64,000 nucleotides of DNA, from the NCBI RefSeq assembly GCF_006345805.1, contig NC_043014.1, positions 33,232,001 through 33,296,000 of the forward strand, read 5' to 3'. This document shows, one piece after another, positions 52,066-63,370 of this stretch. Both the position numbers and the translations under genes were made by a program. Under the pieces are notes generated by a model. That model did no database searches. It was given only the letters and a program-made list of their open reading frames with translations, and was not told where the DNA came from. Source of the stretch: Octopus sinensis (taxonomy: Eukaryota). Numbering within the stretch: position 1 is the stretch's first letter; each line of letters opens with the position of its first letter.

Positions 52066-54686
52066 GGTTAAAATAATACTATGGTAGTGAATTGTTTTAC
52101 TCACCTTAACCCATTTAAGCAGATCTTAGGACGTGGATTTGCCAGTTTTGATCCGATGGTGATTTTACCCTCAGGAAGGTAGTGGAAGATGACTTTAGAT
52201 AAAAGAGGATCTTCATTAAGGTTTACTAGATGATGCTGAGTGGATTGTCTTTGTAAATCTCCGTGAATTGATTCATTGTCCATCAACTGAGCTGTAGCAA
52301 GCTGTAGGCAAAGAAGTGACTTTACTTGACATATGTACATATATATATGTAGTGGATCTTGCATGTATGAAGTGGATTTGAATTAACACTTCAACAGAAC
52401 TTTTCTCACAGTAAAACAATAGTTTTTCTCTGACAGCAGTTTTACATTTGCCAGATTGCCTTTAGCTACGCCGAAAGAATGTCTTCACCACTTGACCCTT
52501 ATAACCTCTTCTACTTCACCAAAAGCTAGAATTGCGACATCACAGTACCACCAACAAAGCCCATTGTTCTCAACGATATGTCTATCCTTCTGGATAGTTA
52601 TAAAAACAAGAACTCACAAGCAAAAGACAGTTAGTCACTTCAGTGACAACTCAGTGAGAACGAAGTCTGGCTGACCAGCCAGAACCTTGGTCAGAGGGAG
52701 AAATGAAATTTACTGTCAGCAACTGTGAGACAATGTCCCACAACCCTACAACTCTCTCTAGCTCTAATTCTGTTCCCTTACAACATCATTCTATCTCTCT
52801 CTGTAATTACTACTATACAATGAAGAGAACACAAACAGAAACTTTACTTCGCATGCTTTTGGATTTATCATAACCTGCCCGTGAAGGCAAGGTATAGTAA
52901 TGTAACGGTAAATAAATATTTCCTTAAAACTTCATGCATTGTTTATCTTTCACATCCTACAACATGCCGTTATAAAAACAAAATTTTATCGTTACAACTA
53001 CTGATTCCAACAACTGCTTTAGTTTTTGTCTCCCAAATGTCTAGGTTCAAACCTGTAAGCAGTAAAATATATTACAGTAATATTACTAGTCATTTCAATT
53101 GACCACATCCCACACTGATGTCAATTCAAAGTTTTATGCTTGAATATACATATATATGTGTGTAGATTGCTGTAAGAACATAGATCTCTGCATATTTTTT
53201 AAATGTTTGCATGTTTGCTTGTGTAGCAATAGAAGTGATTCACCAATAGTCTATATGCAATTTTATCAATACTCCCAGAAAATATTATAGTTTAAGTGCA
53301 AAAATTTGTGTGGATAAGATTTTTGCTAGTTAAGTGGATAAGAACTTTCACCATGTGTATAGGTTCTGTAAAATTTCCATTAGGCACCCTTAAGAATTTC
53401 TTTTAGCTGTGCACCTGGTTTAAAAAAGCTATTAGTAGGTAGGCCTACACCTGAGACAGAGCTTAAATGCTCATGTAGAGGAACACCACGTGTCCTCTAA
53501 AAGGCCATTGTAACCTGGAAATATGAGGTAGGAATAACATCAAAAGACTCAAACAGGCAACCAAATGCACAAAAGTATATGGAGGCAATAGAAGGTCCCT
53601 TTTGGACCAGGTAAAATAACTATAAGCTTTCCTACAATATCCTGGAGAGACAAAATGCTACAGCATTAGCTAAGCATGTATGGTTGTTAAAGGAAAGTAT
53701 GAAAGAGTACAGTATAAAGTAGAAAGCCTTAGAGAAGCGCAAGGCTTATTTTAATTGTATTAGAAAGTGCAGATTATATTTAGTCAAGAAAAGAACCTTA
53801 TTAAAAACTCTCACCACCCAGACATCTATCTAAACTACAGAAGTGAGATAGTATGTTTTATTTTACCTCTGGGCCCCACCATGACTACAATCCCCAGTTC
53901 TCTCCCTTGAGCTCTTTTGCCACCATATCCTGAGAATCTAGCTAAACCTACCAAAACCTATACAAATGAATACACAGACACCTATGTGCCCTAACTTTGG
54001 CTTAAGCTTTCAAGCAGTCACCCAACACCCTTATTCCCTCAAAGCCCTACATATATGATACCCTTACACACATTCCAACCCTACATGAATACTAACACCT
54101 AACTCCTACACACATTTTTAGAAAGCACTTGAAGACTTACATCTCAGACCTTTTGATATAACCCTTCTTATATAACTCTTGATATAACCCTTTTTCCGTT
54201 TGTCTTTTCCCACAACACTCACAAACTGGATGTGGTTTTACAGCTTCAATAACGGCAAGCAGTCACCATATATTTTCCCCCATACCCACTAGCTCTGATG
54301 AGCATGTAGTATCTAAGATATTAAGACAGATGTTAGATAACATTTGGGTCAATATCTGGTGTGAAACTGGTTGGTAAGATTGGCCATAATCGAAATATAA
54401 TAACTGTATACCTTGATTAATATACCAACTCTATTGACAAATAGATGAGTGCATGTTTTTCCTGACTTATGAATTCTTAGACAACTATTATATATAGTTA
54501 TTCAGGCACTCAACTATGAGTCCACTGCATCTTATGGCAGAAACAGCTGTAAGCTAACAAAGTCCAATAACATAAACGTTTTTTTCTCTTGTCATCTCAT
54601 CTTATTACCACTCTATAATTATCTAACACTTCGTTCTGAAGTATGTATGTATGTATGTATGTGTGTATGTATGTATGCATGTACGC

Positions 54687-54744
<58 letters not shown>

Positions 54745-57700
54745 GTATATATACTTGTTTATTTCTATGTTCCTTTGTGTGGAAGAGTGTAGGCTCAAAA
54801 TGTTAAAGACTTTTTCACTTCTTGAGTGTTATACTAATACATCTGTTTGTTGTCTACACAACCTGTCTTTGTCTTTTTTTTTTTTTTTGTGAATTCTCCC
54901 TATATATCATCATCATCATCGCGAGTGTAGTGGGTGCTTTTTACGTGTCACCGGCACAGGTGCCAGGGGAGTCTGGTATCGGCCACGATCGGTTGGTGCT
55001 TTTAACGTGCCACTGGCACGGAAGCCAGCCAAGGCGGCGCTGGCATCAGCCACGTTTGGATGGTGCTTTTTACGTTCCACCGGCACGGAAGCCAGCCAAG
55101 GCGGCGCTGGCATCGGCCACGTTCGGATGGTGCTTTTTATGTTCCACCGGCACAGGTATCACAACTACTATTTCCATATATGTATATATGAGTGTGTGTG
55201 TGTTTATAATGTACATATGTATGTGTTTTAGTTATTACCTTTTCTTCCCAAGTCTGTGTTGATTCGGCCAGCAGTCTTTGGTTTGCAGTGAGCTGTGTCT
55301 GTAAACTGTCCAACTCCTTCCTCAGTTCTTCATCATCTGTGACAGAATAGATAAACTGGTTAATAGTGTGTTTTGAGGGGAAATTAAATGTGGGCAATGT
55401 TAAAGGGTGACACAAGATAATGAAGTGCAGTGTTTCTCAAAAAGGTGGACTCTATGGAAAATTCAGTGAGAGGGTGGCGAATTATTTTACTATATTATTT
55501 CTTTATTGCCCACAAGGGGCTAAACATAGAGGGGACAAACAGGGACAGACAAAGGGATTAAGTCGATTACATCGACTCCAGTGTGTAACTGGTACTTAAT
55601 TTATCGACTCCGAAAGGATGAAAGGCAAAGTCAACCTCAGTGGAATTTGAAATCAGAATGTAACAGCAGATGAAATACCTATTTCTTTACTACCCACAAG
55701 GGGCTAAACACAGAGGGGACAAACAAGGACAGACTAAGGGATTAAGTCAATTACACCGACCCCAGTGCGTAACTGGTACTTAATTTAATCGACCCCGAAA
55801 GGATGAAAGGCAAAGTCGACCTCAGTGGAATTTGAAATCAGAACATAACAGCAGACGAAATACCTATTTCTTTACTACCCACAAGGGGCTAAACACAGAG
55901 GAGACAAACAAGGACAGACAAACGGATTAAGTCGATTACATCAAACCCAGTGTGTAACTGGTACTTATTTAATCCACTCCGAAAGGATGAAAGGCAAAGT
56001 CGACCTCGGCGGAATTTGAACTCAGAACGTAGCAGCAGATGAAATACCGCTAGGTATTTCACCCGGCGTGCTAATGCTTCTGCCATGTCCCATCACTAAA
56101 CATGAGCTATTCATTGTCTGAAATGGGGACAAGTGTTTAACCCTTTTGTTACTGTATTTATTTTGAGATGCTCTGTGTTTCTTTCAATTACTTTAAATAT
56201 AACAAAGAATTTAGTAAAATAACTTAGTTATCATTCAACTAGTGTTAGGAACATAAATTGGGACTGTGGTGATGCTACTGTGTAAGGTTCAGCGTGCATG
56301 CGCAGAATGGGACTACTTCCGGGTGGCCACTGGAAGTCTTCCCCATGCGCATGTGCGGGAAACTGACCCCCTAAGGGACAACAGACTCATTCATTCTCTC
56401 TGGCCGTTCAGCCATCGTGAACAGACGTGCATTGGTAGTCTCTGATAACCACACCGACTTAGCCGCGGACAACATTGAACCACTTCAACCAATGAACAAG
56501 AAGCTGTACAACAGATTCGGCTGCCGTTTTCCCATCAGATATACGTACACCATCGCGATTAATAAACAAACTGCTGTCTTTCACCGATAACCTGACTTCG
56601 TCTGTTATATCTAACTAAATTGTATGTGACGGGATCGGACCGACACCCTTTCAGTGATACCAATACCAGATCCTGTTACAGGACTAAGGTTTGGTGGAAG
56701 ATTTTAATTCAAAGTTTATAAAAATAAGACATTTGTACTCAAAGCCAGAGCCGGTTTCAGCCGGGTTGGTAATGAAAGGGTAAAATGAACTTTGCAGGTG
56801 AAAAACATTTAAATCTTTGTTGGTGGACAAGTTATCACTAATCACACTTCTATTTCATTTCCTTTTTGTCCTTACAGTTTTGTTTTTATGTTATATAAGA
56901 AACTAACTTTAACTTAATTTTATTAAATGTCCATGAGTTGTATCAATAAAGTATAAAGATAATAAAATGTGCATCTGCTGATGATAGAAAAGAGAGAAAA
57001 ATTTAATACCAATAATATGGAAAAGATTTTAACTAGATTTGAACCTTCAACTCTGCATTACAGTAAAGATTTTTTTAAAAGTAATACACTTTTGTAAATA
57101 CAATACAGAATACTAAACTTTAACTAAATTTGAACTTTTATACTTGTTGGGGCAAGAGTTACAACACCCCCTGTGATAATGGACTGACCGAATGACTACA
57201 GATAGTAGCTGTTTGAGTGAGAAGGGAGAGAGTAGGCTTTAATCACAGGATGTCGTAAGGTGGTGGTGTTTTGGTAGTTTGTCAGAATATCATTTGTTGG
57301 TTCATGTATAATTTGTGTAGAGTTTGTTGGATTGTTACATTGTTGTAACCCTGCTTTGTTATATGTTTATTGTTACTATATGGTTATAGTGTTAAAAGTA
57401 TAGTCATAACAATTGGCGATACAACAATATTGGTGATGAGGATTCGAAACTCATGCAGGTCAATTAACAAACTTTTGTGATACAAAGTTGCTAATTATGG
57501 AAGACCTATTAGCTTCAATAATTCAGCTGCAAAAGCAACAGCAAGTATAGCAACAGGAGTTGCACAAACAACTACAACAGCAACAACTTGTTTTTACATT
57601 ATTTTTACATTATTTTTACATTATTTTTACATTTGATGGATATTTGTCCTCATCTTGTTGTTGTTAACACAATGTTATTTTTACATTATTTTTACATTAT

Positions 57701-60700
57701 TTTTACATTATTTTTACATTATTTTTACATTATTTTTACATATTTTTACATTATTTTTACATTTGATGGATATTTGTCCTCATCTTGTTTGTTGTTAACA
57801 CAATGTTATTTTTACATTATTTTTACATTATTTTTACATTATTTTTACATTATTTTTACATTATTTTTACATTATTTTTACATTATTTTTACATTTGATG
57901 GATATTTGTCCTCATCTTGTTTGTTGTTAACACAATGTTATTTTTACATTATTTTTACATTATTTTTACATTATTTTTACATTATTTTTACATTATTTTT
58001 ACATTATTTTTACATTATTTTTACATTTGATGGATATTTGTCCTCATCTTGTTTGTTGTTAACACAATGTTATTTTTACATTATTTTTACATTATTTTTA
58101 CATTATTTACACTATTTACATTTGATGGATATTTGTCCTCATCTTGTTTGTTGTTAACACAAGGTTTCGGCTGATATACCCTCCAGCCTTCTTCATGTGT
58201 CTTGGGGAAATTTCGAACCTGGGTTCTCATTCCTAAGGTATTTTTTGATGTTATTATTATTATTATTATTATTATTATCATTATTATTGTTAATGTTCAG
58301 GTCACTGCTTGGAATCGGAATCTTGGGGTTAGTAGTTTATGGAGTGAATCTGGGGGTTATTAATTTGGGGTTAGTAAATATGGAGTGAATTTTAGGGCTT
58401 ACAAATCTAATATTTTTCTATCCTTCCTTAATACCGGTTCCCATATGCTATTAATATCTGCACTCGGTCTGCTTAGGAGGTTGTTGTGTCCTAGCATATA
58501 TGCTGTTTCTTTTAGTTATCTTATTTTCCAGTGGTGTTCTCTGTCTATTATTTTAACTTCACCCCTGTGGGAGAACCCAGGTTCGAAATTTTCCCCAAGA
58601 CACCTGAAGAAAGCTGGAGGGTATATCAGCTGAAACATTGTGTTAACAACAAACAAGATGAAGGCAAATAGCCGACAAATGTAAATAGTGTAAATAATGT
58701 ACATAATTCCTCATCTCTTAAATATAGAACTGAAGCTTGTTTTTAACCTGCACATTAAACGAATGATAGATTAATTAACTGGTTAGATAGTTAACCAATT
58801 GAGTAATAATAAAGAAGTGGAATTGCACCTATGTGTGTGTTATTATTATTGGTGTAATAACTGTCCCAAGACATTACAAAATTACATAAAACATACTCAT
58901 AAATCTTTACCTTGTGAATTATTTAGACCATTTCTTTCTAGGTATTTCTTTAATCGTTCATTCTCTTCCTGATTTAAGAAAGAAAATAGACAATTTAAAT
59001 ATTCCTCAATAAATTAATGATTGTTAGCAGTTCCAATAATAAGGACTTTTTAAAGACAAATATAAGGAGAGGCATATACACGAGACTCAAGAGCGCCTCT
59101 TCCATAAAAGCTTCACCCAGGGTGGACTGCACCCCACTGCCCTGCCTAGTTGTTCTACTAGTTAGATTGCAGTCTGGTACTGTGTACATATTCAGGAATT
59201 AGATGGCTGATGATGATCAGAAATCAAACTAAATGAACCAAAATATAAATGTGAATAGTAAAAAGAAATGAAACAAGAGGTTAATTACTCAAAATATTAC
59301 CATCTTACAGAAGAAAAAGGTATAGAAGGGAATTAGTAGGACATTCTTAAGAATATCCTTGTTCTTTACATTTACCAAGAGCAGTGATTCCCAAAATGGG
59401 GGATATGAAAATTGTGGTGGGACGTGGGATCCCAAATGCTTTTCTTTTTTCTCCTTAGTAGGACATGGTAGTGTGAAGGTCTTTTTTTCACAGCAAACAT
59501 ACTTCACCTAAACACACCTATTCAAGTCAATTCCCCCAGCCAAGTATATTGTGTGAAGATGTTTGCTACAGTATAGCACTATTCTAATACCCTACTTAGG
59601 CTATTTCTATAAGGAAAGTATATAATTATGAAATATTAAGAATAAAGTTGCTTTTTTCTAACCACCAATGGGGTATGCATTTTTCTGGAAAGTTATAGTG
59701 GATCCTGAGGGAAAATAGGTAGGAAAACACTGATCTAAACAGTCCACTTAAAGCCAAAATTATGTTAGAAGACACTTAAAAACTCAATATTAGACATTAA
59801 TCACTGACAACCTCTCAAGTCCCATCAGTTGGCTTTGTGATATCAGAAATATGGAGCAACGTTTGCTGGAACTTTTCAGTACCTCAGATACTAAAGTTCA
59901 GTCCTCAATCCTATGCTAGAAATAGTCTTTCATATATACATACATATTATATATACATATATATATATGATCGTTAGCCACTTCACACATTTTTTTCTCT
60001 CCTTGTTTTTTCTGTGTTCCTTTCTGTAGAAGAGCGTAGGCTTGAAATGTAAAAGACTTTTTCTATTCCTGAGCGTTATACTAATACATGTTTTGTACAG
60101 CACCTGTCTTCGACCTTTGTTTTTTTTGTAAACTCTACCTATATATATATATATATAGGAGTGGCTGTGTGGTAAGTAGCTTGCTTATGAACCACGTGGT
60201 TCTGGGTTCAGTCCCACTGTGTGGCACCTTGGGCAAGTGTCTTCTACTATAGCCTCAGGCTGAGGCCGACCAAAGCCTTGTGAGTGGATTTGGTAGATGG
60301 AAACTGAAAGAAGCCCATTGTATATATGTATGTATATGTATGTGTGTATATGTTTGTGTGTCTGTGTTTGTCCCCCCAACATCGCTTGACAACCGATGAT
60401 GGTGTGTTTACGTCCCTGCTACTTAGCAGTTCGGCAAAAGAGACCAATAGAATAAGTACTAGGCTTACAAAGAATAAGTCCTGGGGTCAATTTGCTTGAC
60501 AAAAGGCAGTGCTCCAGCATGACCACAGACAAATGATTGAAACAAGTAAAAGAGTACATACCTTAAGTTCACGTATTAGTTTATCAATTGGGTTCTCGTT
60601 AACCACAGCCTTATTCTTTATCTGCTTTGCTCGATCAGCATAACGGAGTGTAGAGAGGGTCTCATCATAATTGATGTCGGCAGGCGACAGAGCAGCTATC

Positions 60701-63257
60701 ATCACAGTTCGACTGTTGAAACAACAACAAAATCAGTAGTAATAACAACAAGAAAAGAAATAATGAGAAAAGTGATGACAATTTCAACACAAACCAACAA
60801 TGACAATGGCCCTCACAACAGCTAAGACCACTTGCCTACAACACACTCCCACCTTCCTACTGTGTTTCTGTAAAACATAAAAACTATAGCTTTTACACAT
60901 CTATATTAATACTAACAATTTGTCACCAACACAGACACACACACACACACACTTGTATATATGCACACACATAAATATCGAACAATTAGAATGAGTGCTC
61001 AACATTACATTGGTGAATAAAGATTCTTTATTTGTGTGTTAAGGCTACCATTGGTTTCATGTTAAGAAATATTATAATTATCAAGCCTCTCATGTGGAAC
61101 ATCAACATTCGTCTCCATTTTGGTTTAATACACAAATAAAGTACACATCCATCCATCCCACCCCCACACAACTTTCTGTCTGCCAAATCTGCTCATAAGG
61201 CTTTAGTTGACTCAAGACTATAGCAGAGGACACTCACCTAAAGTGCCATACAGTGAGACTGGACCCTGAACCATGATTGCGAACCAAACTTCTTACCATA
61301 GAGCCATGTTACTGTTATTTAAACAATGAAAATTAAGAAAAATATAATTACCTGTTGCCACCCAAAGCATTTTTTAATAGTTTGGTAAGGACTGATTCCC
61401 TATATGGAACTACAACTTTCTTCTTGCCAGATGCTTGTTCTGCCAAAGCCTGAAATAATTTAATAAATTGGATTCATATTCCTTTATGAATATTGTTTTC
61501 AAATTTTGGCACAAAGCCAGTAATTTCAGTGAGGGGATAAGTCAACAGCATTGACTCTGGTGTTTAACCAACACTTGATTTATTGACCCTGAAAGGATGA
61601 AAGGCAGAATTTGAACTCAGAACATAAAGACGGATGAAATACTTCTAAGCATTTTACCCGGCATACTAACAATTCTGCCAGCTCACTACCCATCATCATC
61701 ATCATTGTTTAGCGTCCGCTTTCCATGCTAGCATGGGTTGGATGATTTGACTGAGAACTGGCAAACCAGATGGCTGCACCAGGCTCCAATCTTGATCTGG
61801 TAGAGTTTCTACAGCTGGATGCCCTTCCTAATGCCAACCACTCTGAAAGTGTAGTGGGTGCTTTTATGTGCCACTGGCATGAGGGACTGTCAGATGGTAC
61901 TGGCAACAGCCACGCTCAAATGGTGTTTTTGTGTGCCACCTGCACAGGAGCCAGTCCAGCGGCACTGGCAATGACCTCGCTCAAATGTTTTTTACGTGCC
62001 ACTGTCACAAGTGCCAGTAAGACGACACTGGTAATGATCATGCTCGAATGGTGCTTTTTACGTGCCACTGGCATGGAAGTCAGTTAGCTGCTCTGGCAAT
62101 GATCATGCTCAGATGGTGCTCTTAGCACTCCACTAGCACGGATGCCAGTCATCGAATTTGATTTCGATTTCACTTGCCTCAACAGGTCTTCACAAGCAAT
62201 TCATTTATGAATATTGGTTTCAAATTTTGGCCCAAAGCTAGTTATTTTGGGGAGTGGGTAAATCGATTGCATTGACCCTAGTGTTCAACTGATACCTATT
62301 TTGTTGATCCCAAAAGGACGAAAGGTAAAATTGATCTCAGCAGAATCTTAACTCAGATTGTAAGGAGATGGACGAAATGCTGTTAAGCATTTTGCCTGGC
62401 ATGCTAACAATTCTGGCAGATTGTCGCCTTATATTTATGCAAGAATATTGAGATATGAAATGTAATAGTCTTTTAAATACTAAGGAGAGAGGAGAAATGG
62501 TTTGTATAGGCTGGTGGCTAGGTTTTTGTCATGATGAGTGATTAATCTTCTGACAGATACAATGGTAACCAATCTTAGGTGCATTCATAGTTATATTGCA
62601 GATGGTGGTTTCACACTTGGGTGAAATGGAACTAAGCAAAAAAAATACTCAATGTTGTAACATAAAGTGGTGGACTCTCCTGTTATAAATAACAGATGAG
62701 GTTCCACAACTTCTTGTTGATCAACCTGCACAGATGAGTTGTTTATAGTGATAAAATGTGTGTGCAGTACTTGAGATCACTCCCTTCATCAAATTAACAA
62801 TGCCTGTACAGGGGCACGGTGAATGGAAGTGTTTTGCTTAAGAGCACAATGCACTGCCAGGTCCAGATATCAAAACCACAATCTAGCAGTTGGGTGTGCA
62901 ACACCCTAACCACTAAGCCACACACGCTCCCGAGTAAAATATCAACCACTGACTCTCTAATTACTAGCTCACCACTTTATCAACTACAATTGATCATGTT
63001 ACCAGATTGAGAGGTAATAGCACAGAGAGTACAGCTTTACAGAGCAATTTGATAGTGGAATTATGAGTTCCTTACTGAAGTGTTGTATCATTAAGAAAAC
63101 AAGACTACTGGGAATTGTTTGAAAGAAAAATAGACTCTGTGGGCCTCTCGGTTACTTACTGATATAACGTTTCCAAGAACAGATAGAGACCTGTTAATAT
63201 TGGCACCTTCACGCAACCGATCACCTGTTGCGCCAGTACTGTCTGCTCGTTCAGAAC
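32089..63257 (-). CDS. KIF28P: Kinesin-3 family protein, KIF28P/KLP-6-like; 5'-partial, 15 exons in window, 3' end uncertain
   Basis: The exons join in phase (2243 nt, no stop). They carry switch [61 protein letters not shown], an FHA domain ([32 protein letters not shown]), [21 protein letters not shown] and a C2-like region. Confidence 0.9.
33781..33906 (-). CDS. KIF28P: Kinesin exon (tail)
   Basis: tcttag|[42 protein letters not shown]|gtatat; open in phase 0. Confidence 0.75.
34222..35191 (+). mobile_element. Mariner transposase pseudogene (frameshifted)
   Basis: [81 protein letters not shown]; 3' TIR cagaacttatgggacgacctga then TA. Confidence 0.9.
35516..35662 (-). CDS. KIF28P: Kinesin exon (C-terminal coiled coil)
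   Basis: tttttag|[40 protein letters not shown]|gtaaac. Confidence 0.85.
36890..37790 (+). mobile_element. RTE (BovB-like) LINE, 3' RT fragment
   Basis: [64 protein letters not shown], with frameshifts. Confidence 0.88.
37823..38203 (-). mobile_element. Helitron remnant with RepHel fragment
   Basis: 5'-like ttaatataataaatgtgaatg; [25 protein letters not shown] resembles RepHel DD.HW..TL.EA..P..LR.LF; 3' hairpin then CTAAT. Confidence 0.55.
38828..39094 (-). CDS. KIF28P: Kinesin exon (C2-like region)
   Basis: ttgcag|[40 protein letters not shown]|gtaagt. Confidence 0.92.
39136..39548 (-). mobile_element. SINE family A, full length
   Basis: Near-identical to the 1028-1447 and 43539-43983 copies. 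Confidence 0.88.
40350..40790 (+). mobile_element. Tc1/mariner transposase 3' fragment
   Basis: [18 protein letters not shown]-like motif; second copy of the same family at ~44730-45060. Confidence 0.65.
41132..42312 (+). mobile_element. R4/Dong-clade non-LTR retrotransposon, 5'-truncated
   Basis: [19 protein letters not shown] knuckle [30 protein letters not shown] restriction-like endonuclease, [27 protein letters not shown]; flanked by (TAA/TGA)n. Confidence 0.88.
42379..42672 (-). CDS. KIF28P: Kinesin exon
   Basis: ttgcag|[56 protein letters not shown]|gtaaat; phase 0-0. Confidence 0.93.
43539..43983 (+). mobile_element. SINE family A, full length
   Basis: ggcacaggagtggctgtgtggtaag...gactgaaacaagtaaaagagtaaa. 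Confidence 0.88.
44307..44394 (-). CDS. KIF28P: Kinesin exon (KIF1B-like motif)
   Basis: attaag|[29 protein letters not shown]|gtaagt. Confidence 0.92.
45421..45577 (-). CDS. KIF28P: Kinesin exon
   Basis: attaaag|[52 protein letters not shown]|gtaag. Confidence 0.9.
46325..46471 (-). CDS. KIF28P: Kinesin exon (FHA end)
   Basis: ttctag|[32 protein letters not shown]|gttatc. Confidence 0.9.
47030..47430 (-). mobile_element. Penelope-like remnant with hammerhead motif
   Basis: Weak GIY-YIG-like [23 protein letters not shown] followed downstream by the hammerhead motif at 47081-47128. Confidence 0.55.
47081..47128 (-). ncRNA. Minimal type-I hammerhead ribozyme motif (degenerate)
   Basis: GTCT-CTGATGA-a-GGGATA-tccatat-TATCCC-a-GAAAC-aact-GCA-AGAC; stems I and II pair; the cleavage triplet is GCA versus GTA in the sister copy at 48140. 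Confidence 0.7.
48709..48965 (+). mobile_element. tRNA-derived SINE family E
   Basis: gtggaggctcatggcttagtagttagg..gtttcgattcct..ctgcgatggactggcatcccg; inverted copy at 51620-51873, another copy at 27212-27460. Confidence 0.8.
49808..49950 (-). CDS. KIF28P: Kinesin exon (FHA)
   Basis: cattag|[48 protein letters not shown]|gtgcgt. Confidence 0.92.
52105..52301 (-). CDS. KIF28P: Kinesin exon (FHA start)
   Basis: ctacag|[42 protein letters not shown]|gtgag. Confidence 0.92.
53465..54610 (+). mobile_element. Penelope-like element remnant (GIY-YIG plus 3' pLTR region)
   Basis: [62 protein letters not shown]; hammerhead cores at 54295 and 54540. Confidence 0.8.
55239..55336 (-). CDS. KIF28P: Kinesin exon (coiled coil)
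   Basis: tcacag|[33 protein letters not shown]|gtaat. Confidence 0.9.
55496..56084 (-). mobile_element. SINE family B, head-to-tail array of 3 units
   Basis: Three ~185-bp units starting tatttctttactacccacaaggggctaaac. Confidence 0.88.
56141..56780. mobile_element. piggyBac-like MITE (31171 family, opposite orientation) split by a solo LTR
   Basis: The two halves join to give the reverse complement of 31171-31385. Confidence 0.85.
56265..56680. mobile_element. Solo LTR (Ty3/gypsy-type)
   Basis: 416 bp, TGT...ACA termini, 4-bp GGAC TSD (56261-56264 and 56681-56684), internal AATAAA. Confidence 0.85.
57145..57590 (+). mobile_element. 5' LTR + PBS + gag start of a Ty3/gypsy element (truncated)
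   Basis: TGTTG...CAACA (57145-57426); PBS-like TGGTGATGAGGAT at 57431; ATG at 57497 gives [29 protein letters not shown]. Confidence 0.65.
57590..58160. repeat. Higher-order tandem repeat: (TTATTTTTACA)n plus a 44-nt unit, period ~132 bp
   Basis: Unit TTTGATGGATATTTGTCCTCATCTTGTTTGTTGTTAACACAATG starts at 57632, 57762, 57894, 58026 and 58121. Confidence 0.95.
58100..58732 (-). mobile_element. Penelope-like element: GIY-YIG C-terminus with 3' pLTR and inverted 5' pLTR
   Basis: [43 protein letters not shown] on - strand (58560-58410); 58570-58700 is an inverted copy of 58100-58228; both copies carry hammerhead motifs. Confidence 0.85.
58599..58644 (+). ncRNA. Minimal hammerhead ribozyme motif in pLTR (degenerate)
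   Basis: GACAC-CTGAAGA-aAGCTGGagggtataTCAGCT-GAAAC-ATT-GTGTT; sister motif on - strand at 58156-58201. Confidence 0.7.
58911..58968 (-). CDS. KIF28P: Kinesin exon (neck coil)
   Basis: aatcag|[19 protein letters not shown]|gtaaag; continues the kinesin-3 ELK-EENERLK motif. Confidence 0.88.
60157..60556 (+). mobile_element. SINE family A, ending ~5 nt from a kinesin donor site
   Basis: Same consensus as the other family A copies. Confidence 0.85.
60562..60712 (-). CDS. KIF28P: Kinesin exon (motor end/neck)
   Basis: caacag|[50 protein letters not shown]|gtatgt. Confidence 0.95.
61352..61449 (-). CDS. KIF28P: Kinesin exon (motor)
   Basis: tttcag|[32 protein letters not shown](S)|gtaat. Confidence 0.95.
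63160..63257 (-). CDS. KIF28P: Kinesin exon (motor, switch II)
   Basis: ggcag|(G)[32 protein letters not shown]|gtaagt. Confidence 0.95.
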
Positions 63258-63320
63258 CTGCCAAAGGAAACAGACACTGTATGACAGCAAAGTATCATGT
63301 GTGTGAATGTGTGTGTATGT

Positions 63321-63370
<50 letters not shown>

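Noticed and set aside
54925-55160. CRISPR-like repeat-spacer pattern (ggtgctttttacgtgccaccggcac every ~66 bp; also 42890-43072 and 61855-62130)
   Set aside because: The spacers are themselves similar, the units are internal to a dispersed eukaryotic repeat family, and no cas genes are present
57588-58157. 189-aa repetitive hydrophobic ORF
   Set aside because: Artefact of the 11-mer/132-bp tandem repeat
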